A stretch of DNA of 64,000 nucleotides. Origin: Balanoglossus misakiensis. Its lineage: Eukaryota; Animalia; Hemichordata. Below, in pieces: positions 25,621 to 37,400 of this stretch. Every line of letters starts with the position of its first letter. Within the stretch, counting starts at the first letter, position 1. The DNA is taken from positions 6,646,791 through 6,710,790 of the forward strand of contig CM082596.2 of NCBI GenBank assembly GCA_040954595.2. The letters are read 5' to 3'. The notes under the pieces are model-generated. The model saw only the letters and a list, made by a program, of their open reading frames with translations, had not been told where the DNA came from and ran no database searches. A program made the position numbers and the translations under genes.

Positions 25621-27450
25621 ACAACGCGTAATTCTTTTAATTCATTTATAACAGCTACAGCCCTTCCTTACTTTGAATAATTCAATGTTTAGTTGAAATT
25701 TGTGATTATACTGACCAGTAGTTTTTGGTTTAAAACATAAATTTGCTTATTCATTGATTGTTTGGTTACTATTCTGAAGTGAATCCTTTCAACAAAACCA
25801 AAGGCAACATGACCTGAGTGAAGTTGCAGTCATTGACATGAATGCTGTGGTGTGAAGTGATACATGTATAGAGTGCAGTAATTGACTGATACAGGAGACT
25901 GATGATAAGGCAAACAGTTATTGTGTTTAAGTTGATACAATGTTTACTTTGTACTTAATTTTCCAGGTAAATACATGACTGTTTCATGGAGAAAAGAGAG
26001 AGAAAAATAGATTATTTTGCATACTGTTTTACAGGAGGGGAAAAATTAAATTGTTGATTTGTGGCACATGGTTGTGTCAGAGATCTTTTATCATTCATTT
26101 TCAAGGGAGATCAGCCAGTAGAGATCTTCCTGTATAAGGCGCAAATATGATCAGAAATACTTCATCTCCAGCTTTTTTGTCCATCTTTATGTACATCATA
26201 CATGCAAGTGAGATAAACTTGCAAATAAAGTGTAATGTGTCAAAACCTTGCACGTTGACACATTAACCATCTCTGGCCTTTTTGTGGTTAATATAATGTA
26301 TATTGTACATGCAAGTGAGATAAACTTGCAAATAAAATGTAATTAATTTAAACCTTCTTGGCGGATATTTTCCAAGGTAAGGTCAAACATTTCAGAATTA
26401 AAAGACTTCAACTTAAATGCAATGTGCAAGAATTCCAATGAGGTTAATTGAGTAGACGGATAAATATTGATTTAATAGTTTAAATAAGCTTAATAGTACA
26501 TTAGATTAATAATAGCTAGTATAGTTTAATAGATTAGATGAATATTAGTTTAACTAGAATAGTTTCATTGATTAAAATAATTGTATAGTGGTAGTAGAAG
26601 CAATGTAAGCCCAATAATCTTAGTCTACTAAATACTAGTTCAATAGTCTATAAAATAGATAAGTACTAGCTTTAACAGTTTCTTTGATTAGAATAATATT
26701 ATAGGCTATTAGAAGAAATAGTGCTATGGTCTTTTAATCTATTAAATATTAGTTCAATAGTCTACTAAAGAGATTAGTAGTAGAGATTCATGGATTGGAA
26801 TAATTGTACAGTGGTAATATATTAGTTCACGAGGCCTAAAGGCTATTAAATATTTCAGTAGTCTATTAAATAGATTTGTAGTAGGTAGAAGAGAGTCATT
26901 GATTAGAATAATAGTATAGTGGTAATAGACGAAATATTAGTTCACTAGTCTTAGTCTATTAAATGTGCACGTATCAATACTTGGGTATTTGTTGGACCCC
27001 TTTTGGTGGGGAGTATCTATACAGTCCTCACGTTATAATAAAGTTCTGAAATTTATTTAGGCCTATTAACAGATTAAAAAAATACACGTTGATTCAGATG
27101 TTTTTTTACCTTGCGGACAGATTGGGCCCGAATGGAATATGCGATATACATTAAGTATCCAGTAAGCTAGGATAAAATTAGATTAGTATTATAGAGTAGA
27201 ATAATAAGTGTTAATTGATTAAATGAAAAATATAGTAGCGAGTTACTTCAACAGTAAATAGTTTGATAGTAGATCAGAATAGTTTATTCAATAGCGGAAA
27301 GTTTAATAGCACATGTAGTTAACTTTAATAAGTTTAATAGCACATGTAGTTAACTTTAATACATTAAAAGATTATTAGTTCTTAGTTTACTTGTAGATTA
27401 GTTAACAGTTGATTAAATTAATAGCCTAGGCTAATTGATTAGAATAATAG

Positions 27451-28080
27451 TATAGATTATTTTTAGATAGTCCTTGGTAGAATAATGGTTAGATTATAGT
27501 AAAACTTTTATATTAGATTAATAGTACGACGTTGCATTCTCGTACGTATAGATTATTTTTAGATAGTCCTTGGTAGAATAATAGTTAGATTATAGTAAAA
27601 CTTTTATATTAGATTAATAGTAGATTTAATGATTTTAATAGTTGGTTAGTTTAATAGTACGAGGTTGCATTCTCGTACGTATAGATTATTTTTAGATAGT
27701 CCTTGGTAGAATAATGGTTAGATTATAGTAAAACTTTTATATTAGATTAATAGTAGATTTGATGATTTTAATAGTTGGTTAGATTAATAGTACGAGGTTG
27801 CATTCTTGTACGTATAGATTATTTTTAGATAGTCCTTGGTAGAATAATGGTTAGATTATTGTAAAACCTTTATATTAGATTAATAGTAGATTTGATTATT
27901 TTAATAGTTCGTTAGATTAATAGTACGACGTTGCATTCTCGTACGTATAGATTATTTTAGATAGTCCTTGGTAGAATAATGGTTAGATTATAGTAAAACT
28001 TTTATATTAGATTAATAGTTGATTTGATGATTTTAATAGTTGGTTAGATTAAAAGTACGAGGTTGCATTCTCACACGTAT
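27451..28080 (+). repeat. AT-rich 133-bp tandem repeat with internal palindrome GTACGAG-N8-CTCGTAC
   Basis: Unit starts at 27451 (short, 96 bp), 27547, 27680, 27813 and 27946. Confidence 0.92.
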
Positions 28081-28170
28081 GCCGTTGTTAGTTTTTGGTT
28101 CGTTTTTCCTCAAAGTTAGTTAGGGCGCATATTATTAAATACAACTTCTTAGTTAGCCAATTTCGAGGAT

Positions 28171-28241
28171 TCACCGTGGTCCAGTGGCATAGGCTGTGGA
28201 CTTATAACTGCAAGGTGTTGAGTTCGAATCCCCGAGTCGTC
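28171..28241 (+). pseudogene. tRNA-like unit 1 (A box and B box)
   Basis: CCGTGGTCCAGTGG ... CTTATAA ... GAGTTCGAATCCC. Stems are imperfect. Confidence 0.6.
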
Positions 28242-28346
28242 TTTCACCAATTGTGTATCTTTTAGCTTGCAAGGGTCTCAGTTTTCTAAGTCATCTAGTT
28301 AGTCTAATGTATAAGTATAAGTTAAAAGTAAGCAGATCTCGAGGAA

Positions 28347-28426
28347 GCACCGTGGTCCAGTGGCTAAGGCTTTGGGCTTATGACTGTATGGACAGTATAG
28401 GTGTGGGTTCGATTCCCATTGCTGAC
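28347..28426 (+). pseudogene. tRNA-like unit 2
   Basis: GCACCGTGGTCCAGTGGCTAAG ... ACTGTATGGACAGT hairpin ... GTGGGTTCGATTCCCAT. Confidence 0.6.
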
Positions 28427-28557
28427 TCAATGTTCCCTGAAAAAAAAGTCAAGTGTCTTAAGTGTGTATCTTTTAGCTTCCAAGTGTCTCAGTTTTCCAA
28501 GTCAACTAGGCAATCTGATGTATAAGTACAAGTTAAAAGTAAGCTTATCTCGAGGAA

Positions 28558-28638
28558 GCACCGTGGTCTAGTGGCATTGTCGCTGGGCTGATGACTGTAT
28601 GGACAGTAATGGTGCGGGGTTCGAATCCCGCTGCTGAC
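28558..28638 (+). pseudogene. tRNA-like unit 3
   Basis: GCACCGTGGTCTAGTGG ... GCGGGGTTCGAATCCCGC TGCTGAC. Confidence 0.6.
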
Positions 28639-29444
28639 TCAACGCTCGGACAGGGGAACTATTGGCTTGCGTGCCAGTGGCTGTGCGTAGAGGTCGCTAT
28701 TGGCTTGCTGTCATTAGCTGTGCGTAGAGGGCGCTATTGGCTTGCTGTCAGTAGCTGTGCGTGGAGGAGCTATTGGCTTGCCTGTCAGTAGCTGCGCGGT
28801 ATGGGCTTTCATAGAAGAGTATCGCTTGTACGGGGATTGACGAGCCATCCCTGTGGTGTGCTTTGAATCCGTTCAGTAGGCCTTCTGTGGTAAGCCCAAC
28901 TCTACTATGCCTATCTATGTTTCCGGGCGAGAGTAAAAATAAATTAAATGAAAGAAAAAAATAAGCCCCTTCGGGGGTTGTTTAATTTTTTTCCCAGCGG
29001 ATCTAAAAATTTCTGGAAGTCTGGACTTAGTAAATTTTTTTTTGCCCTTCTATTGGCTTGCGGTCAGGGGTCACGGGTATTCCCGTGACAAAGGCTAGAC
29101 CCCAGAGGACATATTGTCTTGCGGGCAAATGGATAACTACCCAGTTAGAGCTTATTAATGGTTAAGAATTAATTTGACATTTGAAAGTCAATAAGCTCAT
29201 ACTGGGCACTTAGCCATTGGCCCGCAAACCAATATCTCCTCTAGGCACTAGCCAATGGACCGCAAGCCAATAGCTCTTTTTTTTGGGCATAGCTACTGAC
29301 AGCAAGCCAATAGCACCGTCTACGCACAGCCACTGACAGCAAGCCAATAGCTCCTCCACGCACAGCTACTGACAGCAAGCCAATAGCACCGTCTACGCAC
29401 AGCCACTGGCAAGCAAGCCAATAGTTCCCCTGTCCGAGCGTTGA

Positions 29445-29525
29445 GTCAGCAGCGGGATTCGAACCCCGCACCATTACTGTCCATACAGTCATCAGCCCAG
29501 CGACAATGTCACTAGACCACGGTGC
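29445..29525 (-). pseudogene. tRNA-like unit 4 (near-identical inverted copy of unit 3)
   Basis: Reverse complement of 28558-28638 with one visible substitution. Confidence 0.6.
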
Positions 29526-29636
29526 TTCCTCGAGATAAGCTTACTTTTAACTTGTACTTATACATCAGATTGCCTAGTTGACTTGGAAAACTGAGACACT
29601 TGGAAGCTAAAAGATATTTTTTTCAGAGTAAGTTGA

Positions 29637-29708
29637 GTCAGCAGGGGGAATCGAACCCCAGTCCTGCGATCGTTAAGTCCAACGTCTTAACCACTGAGCC
29701 ATGGTGAC
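29637..29708 (-). pseudogene. tRNA-like unit 5 (72 nt, closest to a cloverleaf)
   Basis: GTCACCA TGGCTCAGTGGTTAAGAC GTTGGA CTTAACG ATCGCAGGAC TGGGGTTCGATTCCCCC TGCTGAC. Acceptor stem 6/7 paired, T arm present, anticodon stem unpaired. Confidence 0.6.
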
Positions 29709-29730
29709 TCACGAACTTCAAGACTCCAAA

Positions 29731-29875
29731 AGTATTATATGATGATCAGGCTCGTGAAATTAAAAAAAAATAAATAAGGCTCAGTTTCATTATAGTTAAT
29801 ATAACAATACTGACTATAATGAAACCGAGCCTTATTTTATTTTTAATTTCACGAGCCTGATCATCATAAAATACT
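29731..29875. repeat. 145-bp imperfect palindrome
   Basis: AGTATTATATGATGATCAGGCTCGTGAAATTAAAAA...AAATAAGGCTCAGTTTCATTATAGT / ACTATAATGAAACCGAGCCTTATTT...TTTAATTTCACGAGCCTGATCATCATAAAATACT. Confidence 0.92.
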
Positions 29876-29982
29876 AATTACGATCCATACAAAACTATTA
29901 TTATTACATGTATTTCATTCTTTATTTAATTAAATCAGGATTTAAATGTACATGACACAGAACCGGTAAAAATATACACTTA

Positions 29983-30782
29983 GGCTGCATTCACAAACAC
30001 CTCTGGAGGGGGGGGGCGGGAGAATTCAAATTTTTTTACCGCTAATTTTCACATGCCCACCTTCCGAACTGCCAATATTTTCAAATCCCCCCCTTCCGAA
30101 CTGCCAAAATTTTGAAATCCCCCCCCATTTTCTTTCACTGAGCAAAACACATCACCTATCTATCTTGTAAAAAGAAAAACAGCGCTCCCATGAAAAGAAT
30201 TTGAAACTGATGTTTCCCCTCATCATTGGGTATTAAAACTGAACATTGTTTTTATTTTTTAAGTACATATATTTGTATTCTGTGTTGGGAGACATTGTAA
30301 ACCGAGAATTGAAGGGGGTGGGTTTGGGAGGGGGTGTCCCCCTCCCACGTAAGAAAATTTTCTAAAATACAGAGCTCAAAGCTGCATTTTAATGAACCCG
30401 GCAAAAGCAAATTAACTCAACTACCGGTATGTTGGGGAGGACAAATTTAACCGTCGCCGCTCAAAGTTATCATGGGGTGGGGGCAAGTCCCCTGACCTGG
30501 GATACTAGATAAACCAGTCAATGATTGAAAGGTGTTGATGAATGGAGGGGGTGGGTGTGGGAGGGGGTGTCCCCCTCCCACATTAGAAAATTTTGTAAAA
30601 TAAAGGGCGCGAAACTGCATTTTTGTGGACTCAAAATAAATATTTAGTCGTTAAAGTTTTCAAGTCCCCCCCTTTCAGTCCCTAAATTATTTCAAATCCC
30701 CCCCTTACATACCCTCAATTTTTTCAAATCCCCCCCCTCAATTCTCCTGCCCCCCCCTCCAGAGGTGTTTGTGAATGCAGCC
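29983..30782. mobile_element. Non-autonomous DNA transposon (MITE), PIF/Harbinger-like, 800 bp
   Basis: TIR GGCTGCATTCACAAACACCTCTGGAGGGGGGG at both ends. TTA duplicated on both flanks (29980-29982, 30783-30785). A TWA target-site duplication is characteristic of PIF/Harbinger. Confidence 0.88.
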
Positions 30783-31482
30783 TTATATTAATACAACAGC
30801 AGACAGCAAAAAATACAATTGGCAGAATTAATAACAAATTACAAGCGACAAATGCATCTCTCCGATTTTAAAAAAAAAAACCGACACTTGGAATTTAATC
30901 TTGCATTCTCAGGATAAATCTAACTTTTGTACAAAAAATCGATGGAGGGGACGAAGTGTCTACACTTTGAACAGATCGATGAAATACACTAATTCCTACG
31001 GATAGACGTCAAAATTTCAATGTTTGATTTCAAAAAATTAAAATTCTATTGAACCTGTATTCCCATTATTTCATTACTTTGATACGCTGATTTCAACGTA
31101 CTCGGGATGAATGACAGTGTAAAAAACAATATTCAAATGAAAAACACTCAGTCAGAATAGAGCGAAAATAAATACGTGTGATTTACGCCACTTTAAGGAC
31201 TACTTTCACCAAAGTAGGAGAGCGTTTTTGTCAGGTAGAAATTTTGGCGGCCGGGGGTTTAAACACCCACATCGCAGCCCGAAGTAAAAAAATAAGATTT
31301 TTATCCCACATCGATCTCGTCGCCCATCATAAAATCTCCAAATATTTTATAACCGAAAATTCACGTCAACGGTGATCGCGGAGACACGAGAATATTTGCT
31401 GCAAACCGTATTTTTCAATTAAAATGCTCCGACAATTTAAAATCAAGGATCGCGGAAACGCATCTTTTGTTGCGAACTGTAG

Positions 31483-34400
31483 AGCTATAATCATTGAATA
31501 TGACATGAAAATGCTGAAGGTGACCAAAATTCACAAAGTCAAGAATTGGTCATTACTTGAGTGTGTATTACCTATAATCCGTGAACATGACATGAAAATG
31601 CTGAAGGTGACCAAAATTCACAAAGTCAAGAATTGGTCATTATTTGAGTGTGTATGAGCTTTAATCCCTGCATATGACATGAAAATGCTGAAGGTGACCA
31701 AAATTCACAAAGTCAAGAAGGTGACCAAAATTCACAAAGTCAAGAATTGGTCATTATTTGAGTGTGTATGAGCTATTACCCTGAACATGACATGAAAATG
31801 CTGAAGGTGACCAAAATTCACAAAGTCAAGAATTGGTCATTATTTGAGTGTGTATGAGCTATAATCCCTACATATGACATGAAAATGATGAAGGTGACCA
31901 AAATTCACAAAGTCAAGAATTGGTCATTATTTGAGCATGTATGAGCTATAATCCCTGCATATGACATGAAAATGATGAAGGTGACCAAAATTCACAAAGT
32001 CAAGAATTGGTCATTATTTGAGTGTGTATGAGCTATAATCCCTGCATATGAAATGAAAATGATGAAGGTGACCAAAATTCACAAAGTCAAGAATTGGTCA
32101 TTATTTGAGTGTGTATGAGCTATAATCCCTGCATATGACATGAAAATGCTGAAGGTGACCAAAATTCACAAACTCAAGAATTGGTCATTATTTGAGCATG
32201 TATGAGCTATAATCCCTGCATATGACATGAAAATGATGAAGGTGACCAAAATTCACAAAGTCAAGAATTGGTCATTATTTGAGCGTGTATGAGCTATAAT
32301 CCCTGCATATGACATGAAAATGATGAAGGTGACCAAAATTCACAAAGTCAAGAATTGGTCATTATTTGAGTGTGTATGAGCTATAATCCCTGCATATGAC
32401 ATGAAAATGATGAAGGTGACCAAAATTCACAAAGTCAAGAATTGGTCATTATTTGAGCATGTATGAGCTATAATCCCTGCATATGACATGAAAATGATGA
32501 AGGTGACCAAAATTTACAAACTCAAGAATTGGTCATTATTTGAGCGTGTATGAGCTATAATCCCTGCATATGACATGAAAATGATGAAGGTGACCAAAAT
32601 TCACAAAGTCAAGAATTGGTCATTATTTGAGCGTGTATGAGCTATAATCCCTGCATATGACATGAAAATGATGAAGGTGACCAAAATTCACAAAGTCAAG
32701 AATTGGTCATTATTTGAGTGTGTATGAGCTATAATCCCTGCATATGACATGAAAATGATGAAGGTGACCAAAATTCACAAAGTCAAGAATTGGTCATTAT
32801 TTGAGCATGTATGAGCTATAATCCCTGCATATGACATGAAAATGATGAAGGTGACCAAAATTTACAAACTCAAGAATTGGTCATTATTTGAGCGTGTATG
32901 AGCTATAATCCCTGCATATGACATGAAAATGATGAAGGTGACCAAAATTCACAAAGTCAAGAATTGGTCATTATTTGAGCGTGTATGAGCTATAATCCCT
33001 GCATATGACATGAAAATGATGAAGGTGACCAAAAGTCACAAACTCAAGAATTGGTCATTATTTGAGTGTGTATGAGCTATAATCCCTGCATATGACATGA
33101 AAATGCTGAAGGTGACCAAAATTCACAAACTCAAGAATTGGTCATTATTTGAGCATGTATGAGCTATAATCCCTGCATATGACATGAAAATGATGAAGGT
33201 GACCAAAATTTACAAAGTCAAGAATTGGTCATTATTTGAGTGTGTATGAGCTATAATCCCTGCATATGACATGAAAATGATGAGGGTGACCAAAATTCAC
33301 AAAGTCAAGAATTGGTCATTATTTGAGCATGTATGAGCTATAATCCCTGCATATGACATGAAAATGCTGAAGTTGACCAAAATTCACAAAGTCAAGAATT
33401 GGTCATTATTTGAGTGTGCATGAGCTATAATCCCTGCATATGACATGAAAATGATGAAGGTGACCAAAATTCACAAAGTCAAGTATTGGTCACTATTTGA
33501 GCATGTAGGAGCTATAATCCCTGCATATGACATGAAAATGATGAAGGTGACCAAAATTTACAAAGTCAAGAATTGGTCATTATTTGAGCGTGTATGAGCT
33601 ATAATCCCTGCATATGACATGAAAATGATGAAGGTGACCAAAATTCACAAACTCAAGAATTGGTCATTATTTGAGCATGTATGAGCTATAATCCCTGCAT
33701 ATGACATGAAAATGATGAAGGTGACCAAAATTCACAAAGTCAAGAATTGGTCATTATTTGAGTGTGTATGAGCTATAATCCCTGCATATGACATGAAAAT
33801 GATGAAGGTGACCAAAATTCACAAAGTCAAGAATTGGTCATTATTTGAGTGTGTATGAGCTATAATCCCTGCATATGACATGAAAATGATGAAGGTGACC
33901 AAAATTCACAAAGTCAAGAATTGGTCATTATTTGAGCATGTATGAGCTATAATCCCTGCATATGACATGAAAATGCTGAAGTTGACCAAAATTCACAAAG
34001 TCAAGAATTGGTCATTATTTGAGCATGTATGAGCTATAATCCCTGCATATGACATGAAAATGATGAAGGTGACCAAAATTCACAAACTCAAGAATTGGTC
34101 ATTATTTGAATGTGTATGAGCTATAATCCCTGAACATGACATGAAAATGCTGAAGGTGACCAAAATTCACAAAGTCAAGAATTGGTCATTATTTGAGCAT
34201 GTATGAGCTATAATCCCTGCATATGACATGAAAATGATGAAGGTGACCAAAATTCACAAAGTCAAGAATTGGTCATTATTTGAGTGTGTATGAGCTATAA
34301 TCCCTGCATATGACATGAAAATGATGAAGGTGACCAAAATTCACAAACTCAAGAATTGGTCATTATTTGAGCATGTATGAGCTATAATCCCTGCATATGA

Positions 34401-37400
34401 CATGAAAATGATGAAGGTGACCAAAATTCACAAACTCAAGAATTGGTCATTATTTGAGCGTGTATGAGCTATAATCCCTGCATATGAAATGAAAATGATG
34501 AAGGTGACCAAAATTCACAAAGTCAAGAATTGGTCATTATTTGAGTGTGTATAAGCTATAATCCCTGCATATGACATGAAAATGCTGAAGGTTACCAAAA
34601 TTCACAAACTCAAGAATTGGTCATTATTTGAGCATGTATGAGCTATAATCCCTGCATATGACATGAAAATGATGAAGGTGACCAAAATTCACAAAGTCAA
34701 GAATTGGTCATTATTTGAGTGTGTATGAGCTTTAATCCCTGCATATGACATGAAAATGCTGAAGGTGACCAAAATTCACAAAGTCAAGAAGGTGACCAAA
34801 ATTCACAAAGTCAAGAATTGGTCATTATTTGAGTGTGTATGAGCTATTACCCTGAACATGACATGAAAATGCTGAAGGTGACCAAAATTCACAAAGTCAA
34901 GAATTGGTCATTATTTGAGTGTGTATGAGCTATAATCCCTACATATGACATGAAAATGATGAAGGTGACCAAAATTCACAAAGTCAAGAATTGGTCATTA
35001 TTTGAGCATGTATGAGCTATAATCCCTGCATATGACATGAAAATGATGAAGGTGACCAAAATTCACAAAGTCAAGAATTGGTCATTATTTGAGTGTGTAT
35101 GAGCTATAATCCCTGCATATGACATGAAAATGATGAAGGTGACCAAAATTCACAAAGTCAAGAATTGGTCATTATTTGAGTGTGTATGAGCTATAATCCC
35201 TGCATATGACATGAAAATGCTGAAGGTGACCAAAATTCACAAACTCAAGAATTGGTCATTATTTGAGCATGTATGAGCTATAATCCCTGCATATGACATG
35301 AAAATGATGAAGGTGACCAAAATTCACAAAGTCAAGAATTGGTCATTATTTGAGCGTGTATGAGCTATAATCCCTGCATATGACATGAAAATGATGAAGG
35401 TGACCAAAATTCACAAAGTCAAGAATTGGTCATTATTTGAGTGTGTATGAGCTATAATCCCTGCATATGACATGAAAATGATGAAGGTGACCAAAATTCA
35501 CAAAGTCAAGAATTGGTCATTATTTGAGCATGTATGAGCTATAATCCCTGCATATGACATGAAAATGCTGAAGGTGACCAAAATTCACAAAGTCAAGAAT
35601 TGGTCATTATTTGAGCATGTATGAGCTATAATCCCTGCATATGACATGAAAATGATGAAGGTGACCAAAATTCACAAAGTCAAGAATTGGTCATTATTTG
35701 AGTGTGTATGAGCTATAATCCCTGCATATGACATGAAAATGATGAAGGTGACCAAAATTCACAAACTCAAGAATTGGTCATTATTTGAGCATGTATGAGC
35801 TATAATCCCTGCATATGACATGAAAATGATGAAGGTGACCAAAATTCACAAACTCAAGAATTGGTCATTATTTGAGCGTGTATGAGCTATAATCCCTGCA
35901 TATGAAATGAAAATGATGAAGGTGACCAAAATTCACAAAGTCAAGAATTGGTCATTATTTGAGTGTGTATGAGCTATAATCCCTGCATATGACATGAAAA
36001 TGATGAAGGTGACCAAAATTCACAAACTCAAGAATTGGTCATTATTTGAGCATGTATGAGCTATAATCCCTGCATATGACATGAAAATGATGAAGGTGAC
36101 CAAAATTCACAAAGTCAAGAATTGGTCATTATTTGAGTGTGTATGAGCTATAATCCCTGCATATGAAATGAAAATGATGAAGGTGACCAAAATTCACAAA
36201 GTCAAGAATTGGTCATTATTTGAGTGTGTATGAGCTATAATCCCTGCATATGACATGAAAATGATGAAGGTGACCAAAATTCACAAAGTCAAGAATTGGT
36301 CATTATTTGAGTGTGTATGAGCTATAATCCCTGCATATGAAATGAAAATGATGAAGGTGACCAAAATTCACAAAGTCAAGAATTGGTCATTATTTGAGTG
36401 TGTATGAGCTATAATCCCTGCATATGACATGAAAATGCTGAAGGTGACCAAAATTCACAAACTCAAGAATTGGTCATTATTTGAGCATGTATGAGCTATA
36501 ATCCCTGCATATGACATGAAAATGATGAAGGTGACCAAAATTCACAAAGTCAAGAATTGGTCATTATTTGAGCGTGTATGAGCTATAATCCCTGCATATG
36601 ACATGAAAATGATGAAGGTGACCAAAATTCACAAAGTCAAGAATTGGTCATTATTTGAGTGTGTATGAGCTATAATCCCTGCATATGACATGAAAATGAT
36701 GAAGGTGACCAAAATTCACAAAGTCAAGAATTGGTCATTATTTGAGTGTGTATGAGCTATAATCCCTGCATATGACATGAAAATGATGAAGGTGACCAAA
36801 ATTCACAAAGTCAAGAATTGGTCATTATTTGAGCATGTATGAGCTATAATCCCTGCATATGACATGAAAATGATGAAGGTGACCAAAATTTACAAACTCA
36901 AGAATTGGTCATTATTTGAGCGTGTATGAGCTATAATCCCTGCATATGACATGAAAATGATGAAGGTGACCAAAATTCACAAAGTCAAGAATTGGTCATT
37001 ATTTGAGCGTGTATGAGCTATAATCCCTGCATATGACATGAAAATGATGAAGGTGACCAAAAGTCACAAACTCAAGAATTGGTCATTATTTGAGTGTGTA
37101 TGAGCTATAATCCCTGCATATGACATGAAAATGCTGAAGGTGACCAAAATTCACAAACTCAAGAATTGGTCATTATTTGAGCATGTATGAGCTATAATCC
37201 CTGCATATGACATGAAAATGATGAAGGTGACCAAAATTTACAAAGTCAAGAATTGGTCATTATTTGAGTGTGTATGAGCTATAATCCCTGCATATGACAT
37301 GAAAATGATGAGGGTGACCAAAATTCACAAAGTCAAGAATTGGTCATTATTTGAGTGTGTATGAGCTATAATCCCTGCATATGACATGAAAATGATGAAG

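Larger units (their letters stand above)
28467..29616. repeat. Near-perfect local inverted repeat (arms about 28467-28800 and 29262-29616), each with a tRNA-like unit and a ~37-bp CCAAT-box array
   Basis: tatcttttagcttccaagtgtctcag...ggacaggggaactattggcttgc is mirrored almost exactly. Confidence 0.93.

Noticed and set aside
28588-28612. Hammerhead ribozyme suggested by CTGATGA followed by a hairpin
   Set aside because: The stem is followed by TAAT rather than the required GAAA, stems I and III are not evident, and the paralogous unit reads CTTATGA.
28171-29708. Functional tRNA gene cluster
   Set aside because: Anticodon stems do not pair and acceptor stems are broken, so these are reported as tRNA-like units only.
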